This document shows, piece after piece, positions 49,904-58,726 of a stretch of 64,000 nucleotides of DNA (positions are counted from its first letter, which is position 1; each line of letters begins with the position of its first letter). A program made the position numbers and the translations under genes. The notes beneath the pieces were generated by a model. The model was given only the letters and a program-made list of their open reading frames with translations. It searched no databases and had not been told where the DNA came from. Source of the DNA: an uncultured Actinomycetes bacterium (GTDB taxonomy: Bacteria; Actinomycetota; UBA4738; HRBIN12); the NCBI GenBank assembly GCA_963835415.1, contig CAWIFZ010000005.1, positions 2,937 to 66,936 of the forward strand, written 5' to 3'.

Positions 49904-49923
49904 ATTCAACCAATCGGTTGAAT
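49904..49923. promoter_or_regulatory. Candidate ArsR-family operator (inverted repeat)
   Basis: ATTCAACC-AATC-GGTTGAAT lies 15 nt upstream of the ArsR GTG start, in a locally AT-rich patch. Confidence 0.5.
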
Positions 49924-49937
49924 GAGGAGCGGAACGG

Positions 49938-50288
49938 GTGGCGGTCGACCAGCTGAGCGAGACGTTCTCGGCACTTGCCGATCCGACGCGCAGGGCGATC
50001 CTTGCGCGGCTGGCGCACGGGGAGGCGACGGTCAACGAGCTGGCCGAGCCGTTCCCGGTCAGCTTGCAGGCGGTGTCGAAGCACCTGAAGGTGTTGGAGC
50101 GCGCCGGGTTGATCGCCCGCGGGAGGACCGCTCAGTGGCGACCGTGCCGGCTGCGCGCCGAACCCCTCGGCGACGCGACGACATGGCTGCAGGACTACCG
50201 GCGGTTCTGGGAGGCCGGCTTCGACCGGCTCGATGAGCATCTGCGACAGATCCAGTCCAGAGATACGAAAGGAGCTCGGCATGAGTGA
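49938..50288 (+). CDS. ArsR/SmtB-family transcriptional regulator
   Basis: ALADPTRRAILARL...VNELAEPFPVSLQAVSKHLKVLERAGLI winged HTH. Confidence 0.85.
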   Translation: MAVDQLSETFSALADPTRRAILARLAHGEATVNELAEPFPVSLQAVSKHLKVLERAGLIARGRTAQWRPCRLRAEPLGDATTWLQDYRRFWEAGFDRLDEHLRQIQSRDTKGARHE

Positions 50289-50799
50289 CAACGCACCGCA
50301 GGAAGGCGTGGTTTCCGCGCACAGCGACGCCGAGGGCATCCTGATCGTGCGGGTCTTCGACGCGCCCCGCGAGTTGGTCTTCCAGGCGTGGACGGTGCCC
50401 GAGCGGTTCGCCACGTGGTTCGGCGAGCACGGGTCCTCGATCCCCCTCGACAAGGTGTCGATGGATGCCCGGCCGGGCGGGGCCTGGAACGCCACGATGC
50501 TCCACGGGCCGGAGCAGATCGAGATCCCGTTCGCCGGCACGTTCCTGGAGGTCGTGGAGCCGGAGCGCGTGTCGATGACGATCGTCGATCCGGCCGACCC
50601 GGAGAGCGGCTCCGTCGAGGTCTTGACCGCCGACTTCAAGGATCTGGGCAACGGCCGGACCGAGATGACGTTCACCCAGCGCGGCGGCAACCTGCCGGCC
50701 GACGAGTATTCGCGCGCGATGCGCGGCTCGCTGATCTTCTTCGATCGCCTGGCCGAGCACCTCGGCGAGACCCTGAAAGCGAGACACGACACGGCGTAA
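50281..50799 (+). CDS. SRPBCC-superfamily protein (AHSA1/START-like)
   Basis: ILIVRVFDAPRELVFQAWTVPERFATWFG... It overlaps the ArsR gene end. This is the common ArsR-SRPBCC pairing. Confidence 0.8.
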   Translation: MSDNAPQEGVVSAHSDAEGILIVRVFDAPRELVFQAWTVPERFATWFGEHGSSIPLDKVSMDARPGGAWNATMLHGPEQIEIPFAGTFLEVVEPERVSMTIVDPADPESGSVEVLTADFKDLGNGRTEMTFTQRGGNLPADEYSRAMRGSLIFFDRLAEHLGETLKARHDTA

Positions 50800-50842
50800 C
50801 GACGAAGAACGGATGAGCTTCGCCTGAGTACCCTCTTGGTCG

Positions 50843-52084
50843 ATGGCGACGACGAAGCACCCGCGGATCCAGGCGGTGACGGAGGACGCTCGGGTTACCC
50901 CGATCGAGCTGTTCTTCGATCTGGTCTTCGTCTTCTCGCTCACGCAGGTGACCGCCCTGATGTCCCACAACCTCACGGGACGAGGGATCGTGCAGGGGAT
51001 GTTGGTCCTCTGTCTCCTCTGGTGGTGCTGGGTGGGGTTCGCGTGGATCGGGAACGTGCTGCGCGCGGACGAAGGGGTCGGCCGGGTGGCGATGTTCGGC
51101 TCGATGGGCGCGATGTTCGTCCTCGCGCTCTGCGTGCCCGAAGCGTTCGTCGACCTACCCGGCGGCTTGTTCGGACCGGTCGTCCTCGCTATCACCTACC
51201 TCTTGCTGCGGCTGTTCCATCTGGGGATCTTCTGGCTGGCGGGCGCGCACGATCCCGGGCTCCGTCGCCAGCTGCTCCGGTTCCTCCCGTCCCTGCTCGT
51301 CAGCACCGCCTTGTTGCTGGTGGCGTCTCAGCTTGAGGGGACGGCGCAGATGCTCGTGTGGGTCGCCGTCCTGGTCGCCGACTACCTCGGCACGATCCTG
51401 GGCGGCGCGTCCGGGTGGCGGCTGAACTCGGCCAGCCACTTCGCCGAACGTCATGGGCTCATCGTGATCATCGCGCTCGGCGAGTCGATCGTCGCCACGG
51501 GTTCGGGTGTCTCCTCGCTCCCCATCTCGTGGCCGATCATCGTCGCGACGACCGTCGGGCTCGCGTTGGCGGCCTGCATCTGGTGGGCGTACTTCGACGT
51601 GCTGGCGATCGCCGCTGAACGGGTCCTGCGCGAGGCGGAGGGCGAGGTCCGCACCCGCCTCGCGCGCGACGCGTACAGCTACCTGCACCTGCCGATGATC
51701 GCAGGCATCGTGCTCATGGCCTTGGGGATGGAGCACGTCCTGAAGTACGTCGGCGACACGAGCCACCACGAACTCAGCGATCCGCTCGCCACGATCCCGC
51801 TCACCGCGATGTACGGCGGGGTCGCCCTCTACCTGCTCGCCCAGGTGGCGTTCAAGTACCGGAACTGGCACACGCTCTCGACTCCTCGGTTGATCGCGAC
51901 CGCCGCGATCCTTCTCCTGATCCCGGCGGCGGCGCAGATCCCCGCGCTCGCCGCCCTGGGCGTGGTCACGGCGGTGATGGTGGCGCTCATCGCGTTCGAG
52001 TCACTGACGTACTCCGAGCTGCGCGAGCAGGTCCGTCACGTGGACGACCTCGAGGCCGGCGAGCTCCACGCCGAGGCGTCGTAG
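50843..52084 (+). CDS. LtrA-family (low temperature requirement A) membrane protein
   Basis: VTPIELFFDLVFVFSLTQV N-terminal signature, multi-TM, 413 aa. Confidence 0.8.
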   Translation: MATTKHPRIQAVTEDARVTPIELFFDLVFVFSLTQVTALMSHNLTGRGIVQGMLVLCLLWWCWVGFAWIGNVLRADEGVGRVAMFGSMGAMFVLALCVPEAFVDLPGGLFGPVVLAITYLLLRLFHLGIFWLAGAHDPGLRRQLLRFLPSLLVSTALLLVASQLEGTAQMLVWVAVLVADYLGTILGGASGWRLNSASHFAERHGLIVIIALGESIVATGSGVSSLPISWPIIVATTVGLALAACIWWAYFDVLAIAAERVLREAEGEVRTRLARDAYSYLHLPMIAGIVLMALGMEHVLKYVGDTSHHELSDPLATIPLTAMYGGVALYLLAQVAFKYRNWHTLSTPRLIATAAILLLIPAAAQIPALAALGVVTAVMVALIAFESLTYSELREQVRHVDDLEAGELHAEAS

Positions 52085-52146
52085 GGACGCGCTCGAACTC
52101 GGCGCCGCTCCGAGAAGCGTCCGAGGGCGCGGCTACCATAGGCGCC

Positions 52147-53100
52147 ATGGCGCGGATGTTCGTGGAGGGCTGGGCTCCCGAGTACGGCGCACCCTTCGAT
52201 CCGGACGAACAGATGGCCCCGGCCGAGGGGACCATCGACCCCACCGTCGAGCTGACCGACTGGGAGCCGCTCGAGGGTGTCGACGACGGCATCGACCAGA
52301 TCGGGTTCGTGGACGGGGTGCGACGGATCGACGCCCGGCTGCTGCTGGACGATCCCGTCTCCGGTCCCACCCCCGGGATCTGCGGGACGTTCGCCGTCGG
52401 CGCCACGCGCTGGCATCGGCATGAGCGATGGTCAGAGATCACGGACGTGCGAGTGGAGCGGTGGGCGGTGGTGGCCGGCGGACGCGCCGACGAGCTCCCC
52501 GCCGTGGAGCTTGACCCTCCGTACCGCACCGCGACCACGCCGTCGGACGATCCCTCGCATCTGATCGGCGAGCTCCACACGCGGATGCGTCGCGCAGAGG
52601 GTGAGCTCGCGTCCGCGCTGGCCGCCGACGCGTTCGTGGTCGCGGACGGTCCGCTCAACAAGCCGCTCGCGCCGCTCGCGGTCGTCGGTTACATCAAGAG
52701 CCATCGCGTGACGTACCTGCCGCCCGAGCAGAACGTCGTGATCGCCGAGCTCGCGCCGGGACAGCGGACGCCGCTGTTCACGATCGCGGCCGACCGGCCC
52801 GATGTATGCCGGTACTCCTGGTACGTGCGTCTCGCGATGTTGCAGGGCGGCCACTCGTGGACCGGGGTCGTCCGCTGCGAGGCGTCCGGCAAGCTCCCGA
52901 AGGACGACGTGAGGACGATCGCCGATCGCACGGCGGCGATCCTGCCGATCGTGGGCTCCGAGCCCCACATCGATCCGCGGGCGCCGCAGAACCTGGTGCC
53001 GATCGGCGCGCTCGAGCGGGAACTGCGTCACCGGATGGGCGACCCGGGATTGGTCTACCGCGCGCTGCGGTACGCCGTCAGCGAACGGGAGGCGTCGTGA
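52147..53100 (+). CDS. nurA: NurA-domain nuclease (DNA end-resection nuclease family)
   Basis: IGFVDGVRRID, FVVADGPL, VVGYIKSH and YSWYVRL segments match the order of the NurA RNase-H-like motifs. The stop overlaps the following HerA-like gene (GTGA). Confidence 0.6.
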   Translation: MARMFVEGWAPEYGAPFDPDEQMAPAEGTIDPTVELTDWEPLEGVDDGIDQIGFVDGVRRIDARLLLDDPVSGPTPGICGTFAVGATRWHRHERWSEITDVRVERWAVVAGGRADELPAVELDPPYRTATTPSDDPSHLIGELHTRMRRAEGELASALAADAFVVADGPLNKPLAPLAVVGYIKSHRVTYLPPEQNVVIAELAPGQRTPLFTIAADRPDVCRYSWYVRLAMLQGGHSWTGVVRCEASGKLPKDDVRTIADRTAAILPIVGSEPHIDPRAPQNLVPIGALERELRHRMGDPGLVYRALRYAVSEREAS

Positions 53101-54833
53101 CCGGCGACGGTGTCGGCCGGGTCCTCGGCTCGGAGCATTCCTCGACGAGCGAGTTCCGCGTGGTGCTCGACGACGACGAGTACCTCCAGCTCGACGACCT
53201 CATCGTCGTCCGGACCCAAGTCCCGAAGGCGGGCGAGGTCGCGACGTACGGGGTCGTGACCGAGGCGGAGTCGGTCTACGAAGGCGCGACGTACGAGTCG
53301 GACACGCACCGCGTGGCCGAGCTCGGCATCATGCCCGCGTCGAAGGTGCGCTCCGCCCGGGTCGCGGTCACGCGTGTGGACCCGGAGATCTGGGTCTCCC
53401 CGGACCCCGGTGAGATCGTGCAACGCGCCACCGGAGACGAGCGCGCGAAAGCCCTGTACCTCGACGAGATGGGTCGCCCGCTGCCGATCGGGATCGGCCG
53501 CGACGGCGAGCCCGTCGCCGTCGACCTCGACTTCTTCGACGGACGCAAAGGCGGCCACATGTCGATCAGCGGCATCAGCGGGGTCGCGACCAAGACATCG
53601 TTCGCGCTGTTCTTCCTCCGGATGCTGACCGGGCATCCAGGCGTGGTCGGCGAGGGCGCCTCCAACCTCCGCGTGCTGGTCTTCAACGTGAAGGGCGAGG
53701 ACCTGCTCTGGCTCGACAAGCCGAACCGCTTCTTCGACGACGAGGCGGCCGCGGGGTGGGCCAAGCTCGGCGTCGAGCCCGGGCCGTTCCCGTCGGTGCG
53801 GTTCTGGGCGCCGGCCCGCAAGCGCTCCGGTGACGTCGTCGTCCCCGACACCGGAGGACGACACGAAGGGGTCGACGTCTTCAGCTGGACGCCGCGCGAG
53901 TTCGTCGACGAGGACTGCCTGCAGTTCCTGTTCACCGACGCGAACGACGCGAAGAACCAGATCCCGTTCGTCCGGGAACGCGTCCAGGCACAGTTGAAGC
54001 GGTTCGCCGTCGACGTGGTGGGGATGCCCGGCGCGGTCGTGCTCCGCGATCCACGCGACGCACCGGACGGCAATTGGCGCGGCCAGCAGGTCCAGGCGCA
54101 GGCCGGCGAACGGATCGTCACCGACCTGCTCACGCTCGTCGATGCGCTGGGCGAGTTCCTGGAGCCGGAGGACGGCTCCGAGCCGGACTGGGCGTGGAGC
54201 GGCCGGGTGATGGGGGGCACGGTCTCCGCGTTCATGCGGCGGTTGCACGCGGGCGCCGCGCGGATGGGACAGCTCGTCAGGGCCGGCGAGAGCCGCCGCA
54301 TCGATCGCTCGAAGGCGAGCGTGACCGTCGTCGCGATCCAGTCGCTGCACGACCAGGCGCAGCGGTTCGTGGTCGGCGCGCTGCTGAACGAGGCCTTCCG
54401 CGAGAAGGACGAGTCCGGGCAGCGCCTCCCGCTCTCGGTCGTCGTGCTTGACGAACTCAACAAGTACGCACCGCGTGAGGGAACCAGCCCGTTGAAGGAC
54501 ATGCTCGTCGACATCGCGCAGCGCGGTCGCTCGCTGGGCATCCTGCTCGTCGGGGCACAGCAGACCGCATCACGCGTGGCGTCCGAGGTGTTGGAGAACG
54601 CCGCGATCCGCGTGAGCGGCCGTTTGGACGCCGCCGAGGCCGAACGCGCCGAGTACGGGTGGATGCTCCCATCCACGCGGGCTCGCGCGCGGTTGCTCAA
54701 GCCCGGCACCATGGTCATCTCGCAGCCGGCGATCCCCGTGCCGCTCGTCGTCACGTTCCCGTTCCCCCCGTGGGCCACCAGGAAGGAGGAGGTGGCGACG
54801 GACGCCGACGGTGATCCGTTCGCGGGCCTGTGA
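53097..54833 (+). CDS. herA: HerA-like FtsK/HerA-superfamily ATPase (HAS-barrel plus P-loop domain)
   Basis: N-terminal barrel-like region (GRVLGSEHSSTSEFRVVLDDDEYLQLDDLIVV...YGVVTE), P-loop-like GISGVATKTS and Walker B LSVVVLDELNKY. Confidence 0.65.
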   Translation: MTGDGVGRVLGSEHSSTSEFRVVLDDDEYLQLDDLIVVRTQVPKAGEVATYGVVTEAESVYEGATYESDTHRVAELGIMPASKVRSARVAVTRVDPEIWVSPDPGEIVQRATGDERAKALYLDEMGRPLPIGIGRDGEPVAVDLDFFDGRKGGHMSISGISGVATKTSFALFFLRMLTGHPGVVGEGASNLRVLVFNVKGEDLLWLDKPNRFFDDEAAAGWAKLGVEPGPFPSVRFWAPARKRSGDVVVPDTGGRHEGVDVFSWTPREFVDEDCLQFLFTDANDAKNQIPFVRERVQAQLKRFAVDVVGMPGAVVLRDPRDAPDGNWRGQQVQAQAGERIVTDLLTLVDALGEFLEPEDGSEPDWAWSGRVMGGTVSAFMRRLHAGAARMGQLVRAGESRRIDRSKASVTVVAIQSLHDQAQRFVVGALLNEAFREKDESGQRLPLSVVVLDELNKYAPREGTSPLKDMLVDIAQRGRSLGILLVGAQQTASRVASEVLENAAIRVSGRLDAAEAERAEYGWMLPSTRARARLLKPGTMVISQPAIPVPLVVTFPFPPWATRKEEVATDADGDPFAGL

Positions 54834-54861
54834 CGCGACCCGCCACGCCCTCCCCCCGGAC

Positions 54862-56031
54862 ATGAAGATCCTCCACACGTCGGACTGGCACATCGGCAAA
54901 CGACTGGGCCGGCACGACCGCATGGACGAATTCGTCGAGGTCCTCGCCGAGGTCGAGCGCATCGCCGACGAGCGCGAGGTGGACCTCGTGATCGTCTCCG
55001 GTGACGTGTGGGACCGACCCGCGCCTGCGACGGATGCGCTCGCGCTCGGTCTCCGAACGCTGATGCGGCTGGCCACGCACCGGCCCGTGGTCGCCGTCGC
55101 CGGCAACCACGACTCACCGGACTTCTTCGAGGCGCTCGCGCCGCTCCTGCGTCCGCTCGGCGTGCATCTGATCGGCAACGTGAAGCGCCCCGACGAGGGC
55201 GGCCTACTCGGACCCGATGACCTGGGCGGGCTGCCCGTCGTCGTCGCCGGCTTCCCGTTCCTCCGGGAAGGCAAGGTCGTCGATTTCATGAAGGACGCCG
55301 GCGAGTGGTACCGCGGGTACGCGGATCGCGTCGCCGCGATCACCGGCCGATACAACGACGCACTCGTCGAACGCGCCGGCGCCGACCTGGTGCCGATCCT
55401 GGTCGCGCATTTCCTGGTGAACGGCGTGACGATGGGGCGGGATGCCCCGCGCGGGGAACGCGAGCTCCACATGGGCGATGCCTACACGGCCACGCCGCAG
55501 GCGATCCCCGCCGGACCGCAGTACGTGGCGATGGGCCACATCCACGCGCCCCAGAAGGTTCCGGGCGCGCCCGTCCCCGCGGAATACGCCGGCTCGCTCC
55601 TCGCGCTCGACTTCGGGGAGGCCGGAGAGCAGAAGCGGGTCGTCGTGGTGGACGCCGAACCGGGACGGCTGGCCGTCGCGGAGAGCATCCCGCTGCAGAG
55701 CGGCCGTCCCCTCGTCCGCGTGCAGGACACCTGGGACGCGATCGAGGCGCGGGCCGACGAGCTCGCCGGCGTGTTCCTCGACCTCACCGTGAAGACGAGC
55801 GGCACCGACATGACGCTCGCCGAGCGCGCATATGGGGCCTTCCCGTTCCTCGTGCGGGTCCGCGCACAGCGACCAGTGGGGATCGATCGGGATCGGCTGG
55901 CCAAGGATCACCGCTCGTGGGAGGAGCTGTACGCCGAGTACTACCGGCGGGAACATGACGAGGACGCTCCGGACGACCTGCTGGCCCTCTTCCGCGATGT
56001 GCTCGAGGAGGCGGCCGATGCGACCGCTTGA
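54862..56031 (+). CDS. sbcD: Exonuclease SbcD (Mre11 family)
   Basis: ILHTSDWHIG, SGDVWD, AGNHD and MGHIH phosphoesterase motifs. Confidence 0.9.
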   Translation: MKILHTSDWHIGKRLGRHDRMDEFVEVLAEVERIADEREVDLVIVSGDVWDRPAPATDALALGLRTLMRLATHRPVVAVAGNHDSPDFFEALAPLLRPLGVHLIGNVKRPDEGGLLGPDDLGGLPVVVAGFPFLREGKVVDFMKDAGEWYRGYADRVAAITGRYNDALVERAGADLVPILVAHFLVNGVTMGRDAPRGERELHMGDAYTATPQAIPAGPQYVAMGHIHAPQKVPGAPVPAEYAGSLLALDFGEAGEQKRVVVVDAEPGRLAVAESIPLQSGRPLVRVQDTWDAIEARADELAGVFLDLTVKTSGTDMTLAERAYGAFPFLVRVRAQRPVGIDRDRLAKDHRSWEELYAEYYRREHDEDAPDDLLALFRDVLEEAADATA

Positions 56032-58555
56032 GCTGACGATCGAGGGGTTCCGCTCCTACCGCGAGCGGGTCACGTTCGATTGGCGCGGTCGGCGGCTCGT
56101 CGGGATCGTCGGTCCGATCGGCTCGGGGAAGTCATCGATCCTGGACGCGGTGTCCTTCGCGCTGTACGGGAAGACCCCCCAGGTGGAGGGCGCCACGAAG
56201 TCGCTGATCCACCAGCTGGCCGACCAGTCGCACGTCGAGCTCCGGTTCCAGGTGGATGGGCAGGTGTGGCGGGCCGTGCGATCGCTCCGACGCAAGGGGG
56301 CGTCAGGACATCAGCTCGAGCTGCTGGCCGACGACTCGCCCGACGCCCAGGTCCTGGAGGTGGTGACGCTCGAGGGCGCGATCAACGAGCGGGTCGAACA
56401 GATCATCGGCATGGACTTCAAGACGTTCTGCCGCTCCGTCCTGCTGGCGCAGAACCGATTCTCGGAGTTCCTCAAGGCGACACCCGCTCAGCGAGATGCG
56501 GTGCTGAAGGGCGTCTTCGGGTTCGAACGGTTGGACGACGCGCTCCGCGTGGCGAAGACGCGCGCGGAGCGGATCGACCTGGAGCTTGCCTCACTTGGCA
56601 AAGAGCGCGAGCGGATCGTGGAGGCGCGCGAGCACCTCGATGAGGCACGGGCGACGGCCGAACGGTCGCGCGAACGGCTGCATGCATTGGAATCGGCCGG
56701 TCCGGAGATCGAGCGCCTGGAGAAGGAGCGGGATGCCGCCGAAGGGGACGCGGCGTCGGCGGTCGCCCGCATGGCGACGCTGACCGAGATCGCGGGGACC
56801 CTTCCGGACGAAACCGACATCGCCTCTCCGATCGCGGCCTCGCGGGACGCCGGCGCCCGGGTCGCCGCGGCGGAGACCGTCGTTCGCGAGGCGGACGAGG
56901 CCCGTGCGGCATGCGAGGCCGAACTCGCCCGAGTCGCCTCGCTCCACGGGAACCGTGAGCAGTTCCGATCGTTCGCGAACCTGGTGGAGACCCACGAACG
57001 CCACGTCGCTGAGGTCGAGAGGACCCAGACCGCGGTCGACGGTGCGCGGGCGGAGCTCGACGAGGCACGCGCGGTCGAAGGAGCCCGTATCGCCGCCGCG
57101 TCCGCCGCCGCCGAGGCACTCAGCCTCGCGAACGAGGCGCTGACGGCAGCGGCGACGGATGTCGGCGCCGCACGGACCACGTTGATGGCCGCCACGCACG
57201 CGGAGATGGCGCATGAGCTCCGCGGCGCCCTCGTGGCGGGAGAACCGTGCCCGGTGTGCGCGCAAGAGGTCCACCAGGTGCCGAAGGCCGGAGCGGCACC
57301 GAAGGTCAAGGCGGCCGAGAGCGCGCTCGCCAAGGCGGAGAAGACCGAGGCGAAGGCGAGGACCGAGCGGGATCGGTGCGCCGGCACCGACGCATCAGCT
57401 CGAACATCGGTCGACGAAGCGGGCGCCGGCATCGGCCGGGGCGAAGCAGCGCTGGCCCAGGCGCTGGACACGGCGGCCGCCGCCACCGCCTCGCTCACCG
57501 CCACCAAGGATCAGCTCGTCGGATGGCTCGGCGAGGAGGGCGACCCACGGTCGTTGTTCGAGGCGAGAGAGGCCGAGCTCACCGCTGCCGAGCGAGCCGT
57601 GGAGGCCGGGCACCGCGCGGTTGAGGCGGCGCGAGCCGGTCTCGACGAGGCGGCCCGGCTCGCCGAAGGCGCGAGCGCCGCGATCGCCACGCTGGCGAAC
57701 CGGCTGTCGGGGGTGTGGGGCCGCCTCGAGGAGGACCGCGACGTCGCCGTGGAGCCGGAGGCGATCGAGTCGGCGTACGCGGCGATCCGCGAGGAACTGG
57801 TCACGCGCCACGAGCGTGCGACGGCCGAACGAGACGTCGCGACCGCGCGCGTGGACGATGCCGCGCGCGCGCGCCTCGAGGTCCTCCGGAGCGTGGAGCT
57901 CGGGCCCAACGACGATTTCCGCCGCGCGCTGGCCGAGGCCGGCGTGGTGCATGGCGCCGCCGGCGCACGGGTGACGGAGCTCGAGGAACGGATCGCGTCC
58001 GCGAGCGACCTGGAACGGACGATCCTCGACCTCGAGGCGCGCCGGGACATCGCGAAGCGTCTCGCCGGCGACCTCCAACCCTCGCGGTTCCTCGGATTCC
58101 TCTTAGAAGAGGAGCGCGCCGAGCTGGCGGAGCTGGGAAGCGATCACTTCTCGGAGCTGACGGACGGCGGCTATCGCTTCACCGACGACGACCGGTTCGA
58201 CATCGTGGACCTGAACGCCGCGAACACGAAGCGCAAGGCCGACAGTCTTTCCGGCGGCGAGACGTTCCTCGCCTCGCTGGCGCTCGCGCTCGCGCTGGCC
58301 GAGATGGTCGCGCGCGGGGGCGGACGGCTGGACTCCTTCTTCTTGGACGAAGGGTTCGGGAGCCTGGATCCGGAGCATCTGGACCTCGCGATGGACGGGA
58401 TCGGCCGCCTGGTTTCCGAGAACGAGCGCCGACTGGTCGTCCTCGTCAGCCATGTGGCGGAGATGCGCGACGCGATCGAGGATCTGGTCGTGCTCGACAA
58501 GGACGACGTCACCGGCGACACCATCGTCCGCTCCGGCGCGGGACCCGCTGCGTAG
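56018..58555 (+). CDS. sbcC: SbcC/Rad50-family ATPase with CxxC zinc hook
   Basis: Walker [10 protein letters not shown], long coiled coil, hook GEPCPVCAQ, signature [15 protein letters not shown], Walker B FFLDEGF. It overlaps sbcD by 14 nt. Confidence 0.9.
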   Translation: MRPLELTIEGFRSYRERVTFDWRGRRLVGIVGPIGSGKSSILDAVSFALYGKTPQVEGATKSLIHQLADQSHVELRFQVDGQVWRAVRSLRRKGASGHQLELLADDSPDAQVLEVVTLEGAINERVEQIIGMDFKTFCRSVLLAQNRFSEFLKATPAQRDAVLKGVFGFERLDDALRVAKTRAERIDLELASLGKERERIVEAREHLDEARATAERSRERLHALESAGPEIERLEKERDAAEGDAASAVARMATLTEIAGTLPDETDIASPIAASRDAGARVAAAETVVREADEARAACEAELARVASLHGNREQFRSFANLVETHERHVAEVERTQTAVDGARAELDEARAVEGARIAAASAAAEALSLANEALTAAATDVGAARTTLMAATHAEMAHELRGALVAGEPCPVCAQEVHQVPKAGAAPKVKAAESALAKAEKTEAKARTERDRCAGTDASARTSVDEAGAGIGRGEAALAQALDTAAAATASLTATKDQLVGWLGEEGDPRSLFEAREAELTAAERAVEAGHRAVEAARAGLDEAARLAEGASAAIATLANRLSGVWGRLEEDRDVAVEPEAIESAYAAIREELVTRHERATAERDVATARVDDAARARLEVLRSVELGPNDDFRRALAEAGVVHGAAGARVTELEERIASASDLERTILDLEARRDIAKRLAGDLQPSRFLGFLLEEERAELAELGSDHFSELTDGGYRFTDDDRFDIVDLNAANTKRKADSLSGGETFLASLALALALAEMVARGGGRLDSFFLDEGFGSLDPEHLDLAMDGIGRLVSENERRLVVLVSHVAEMRDAIEDLVVLDKDDVTGDTIVRSGAGPAA

Positions 58556-58726
58556 CGGCGCTTCCGAACCGAAGCGGGCATCCGGCGGTGTTGGTTCGGG
58601 AACTACCTGGGACGGGGTACGTCCAAAGACCTACCTGATTCCGACCATATCCCTCCCGTGGCCGACTACGGGTTGCCTGGGAGCTGGCCGATACAACCTG
58701 AGAGGCCCGATCGAACAAGGGGAACG

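Noticed and set aside
52085-52146. A possible SOS (LexA) box upstream of nurA, based on a TCGAAC half-site.
   Set aside because: Only one half-site is present and no GTTCGA partner lies at the expected spacing. The GCGCCATGGCGC palindrome simply spans the start codon.
58559-58576. A hairpin after sbcC (CGCTTC ... GAAGCG) as an intrinsic terminator.
   Set aside because: The stem is only 6 bp with no following T-tract. That is too weak to call, so co-transcription with the downstream gene remains open.
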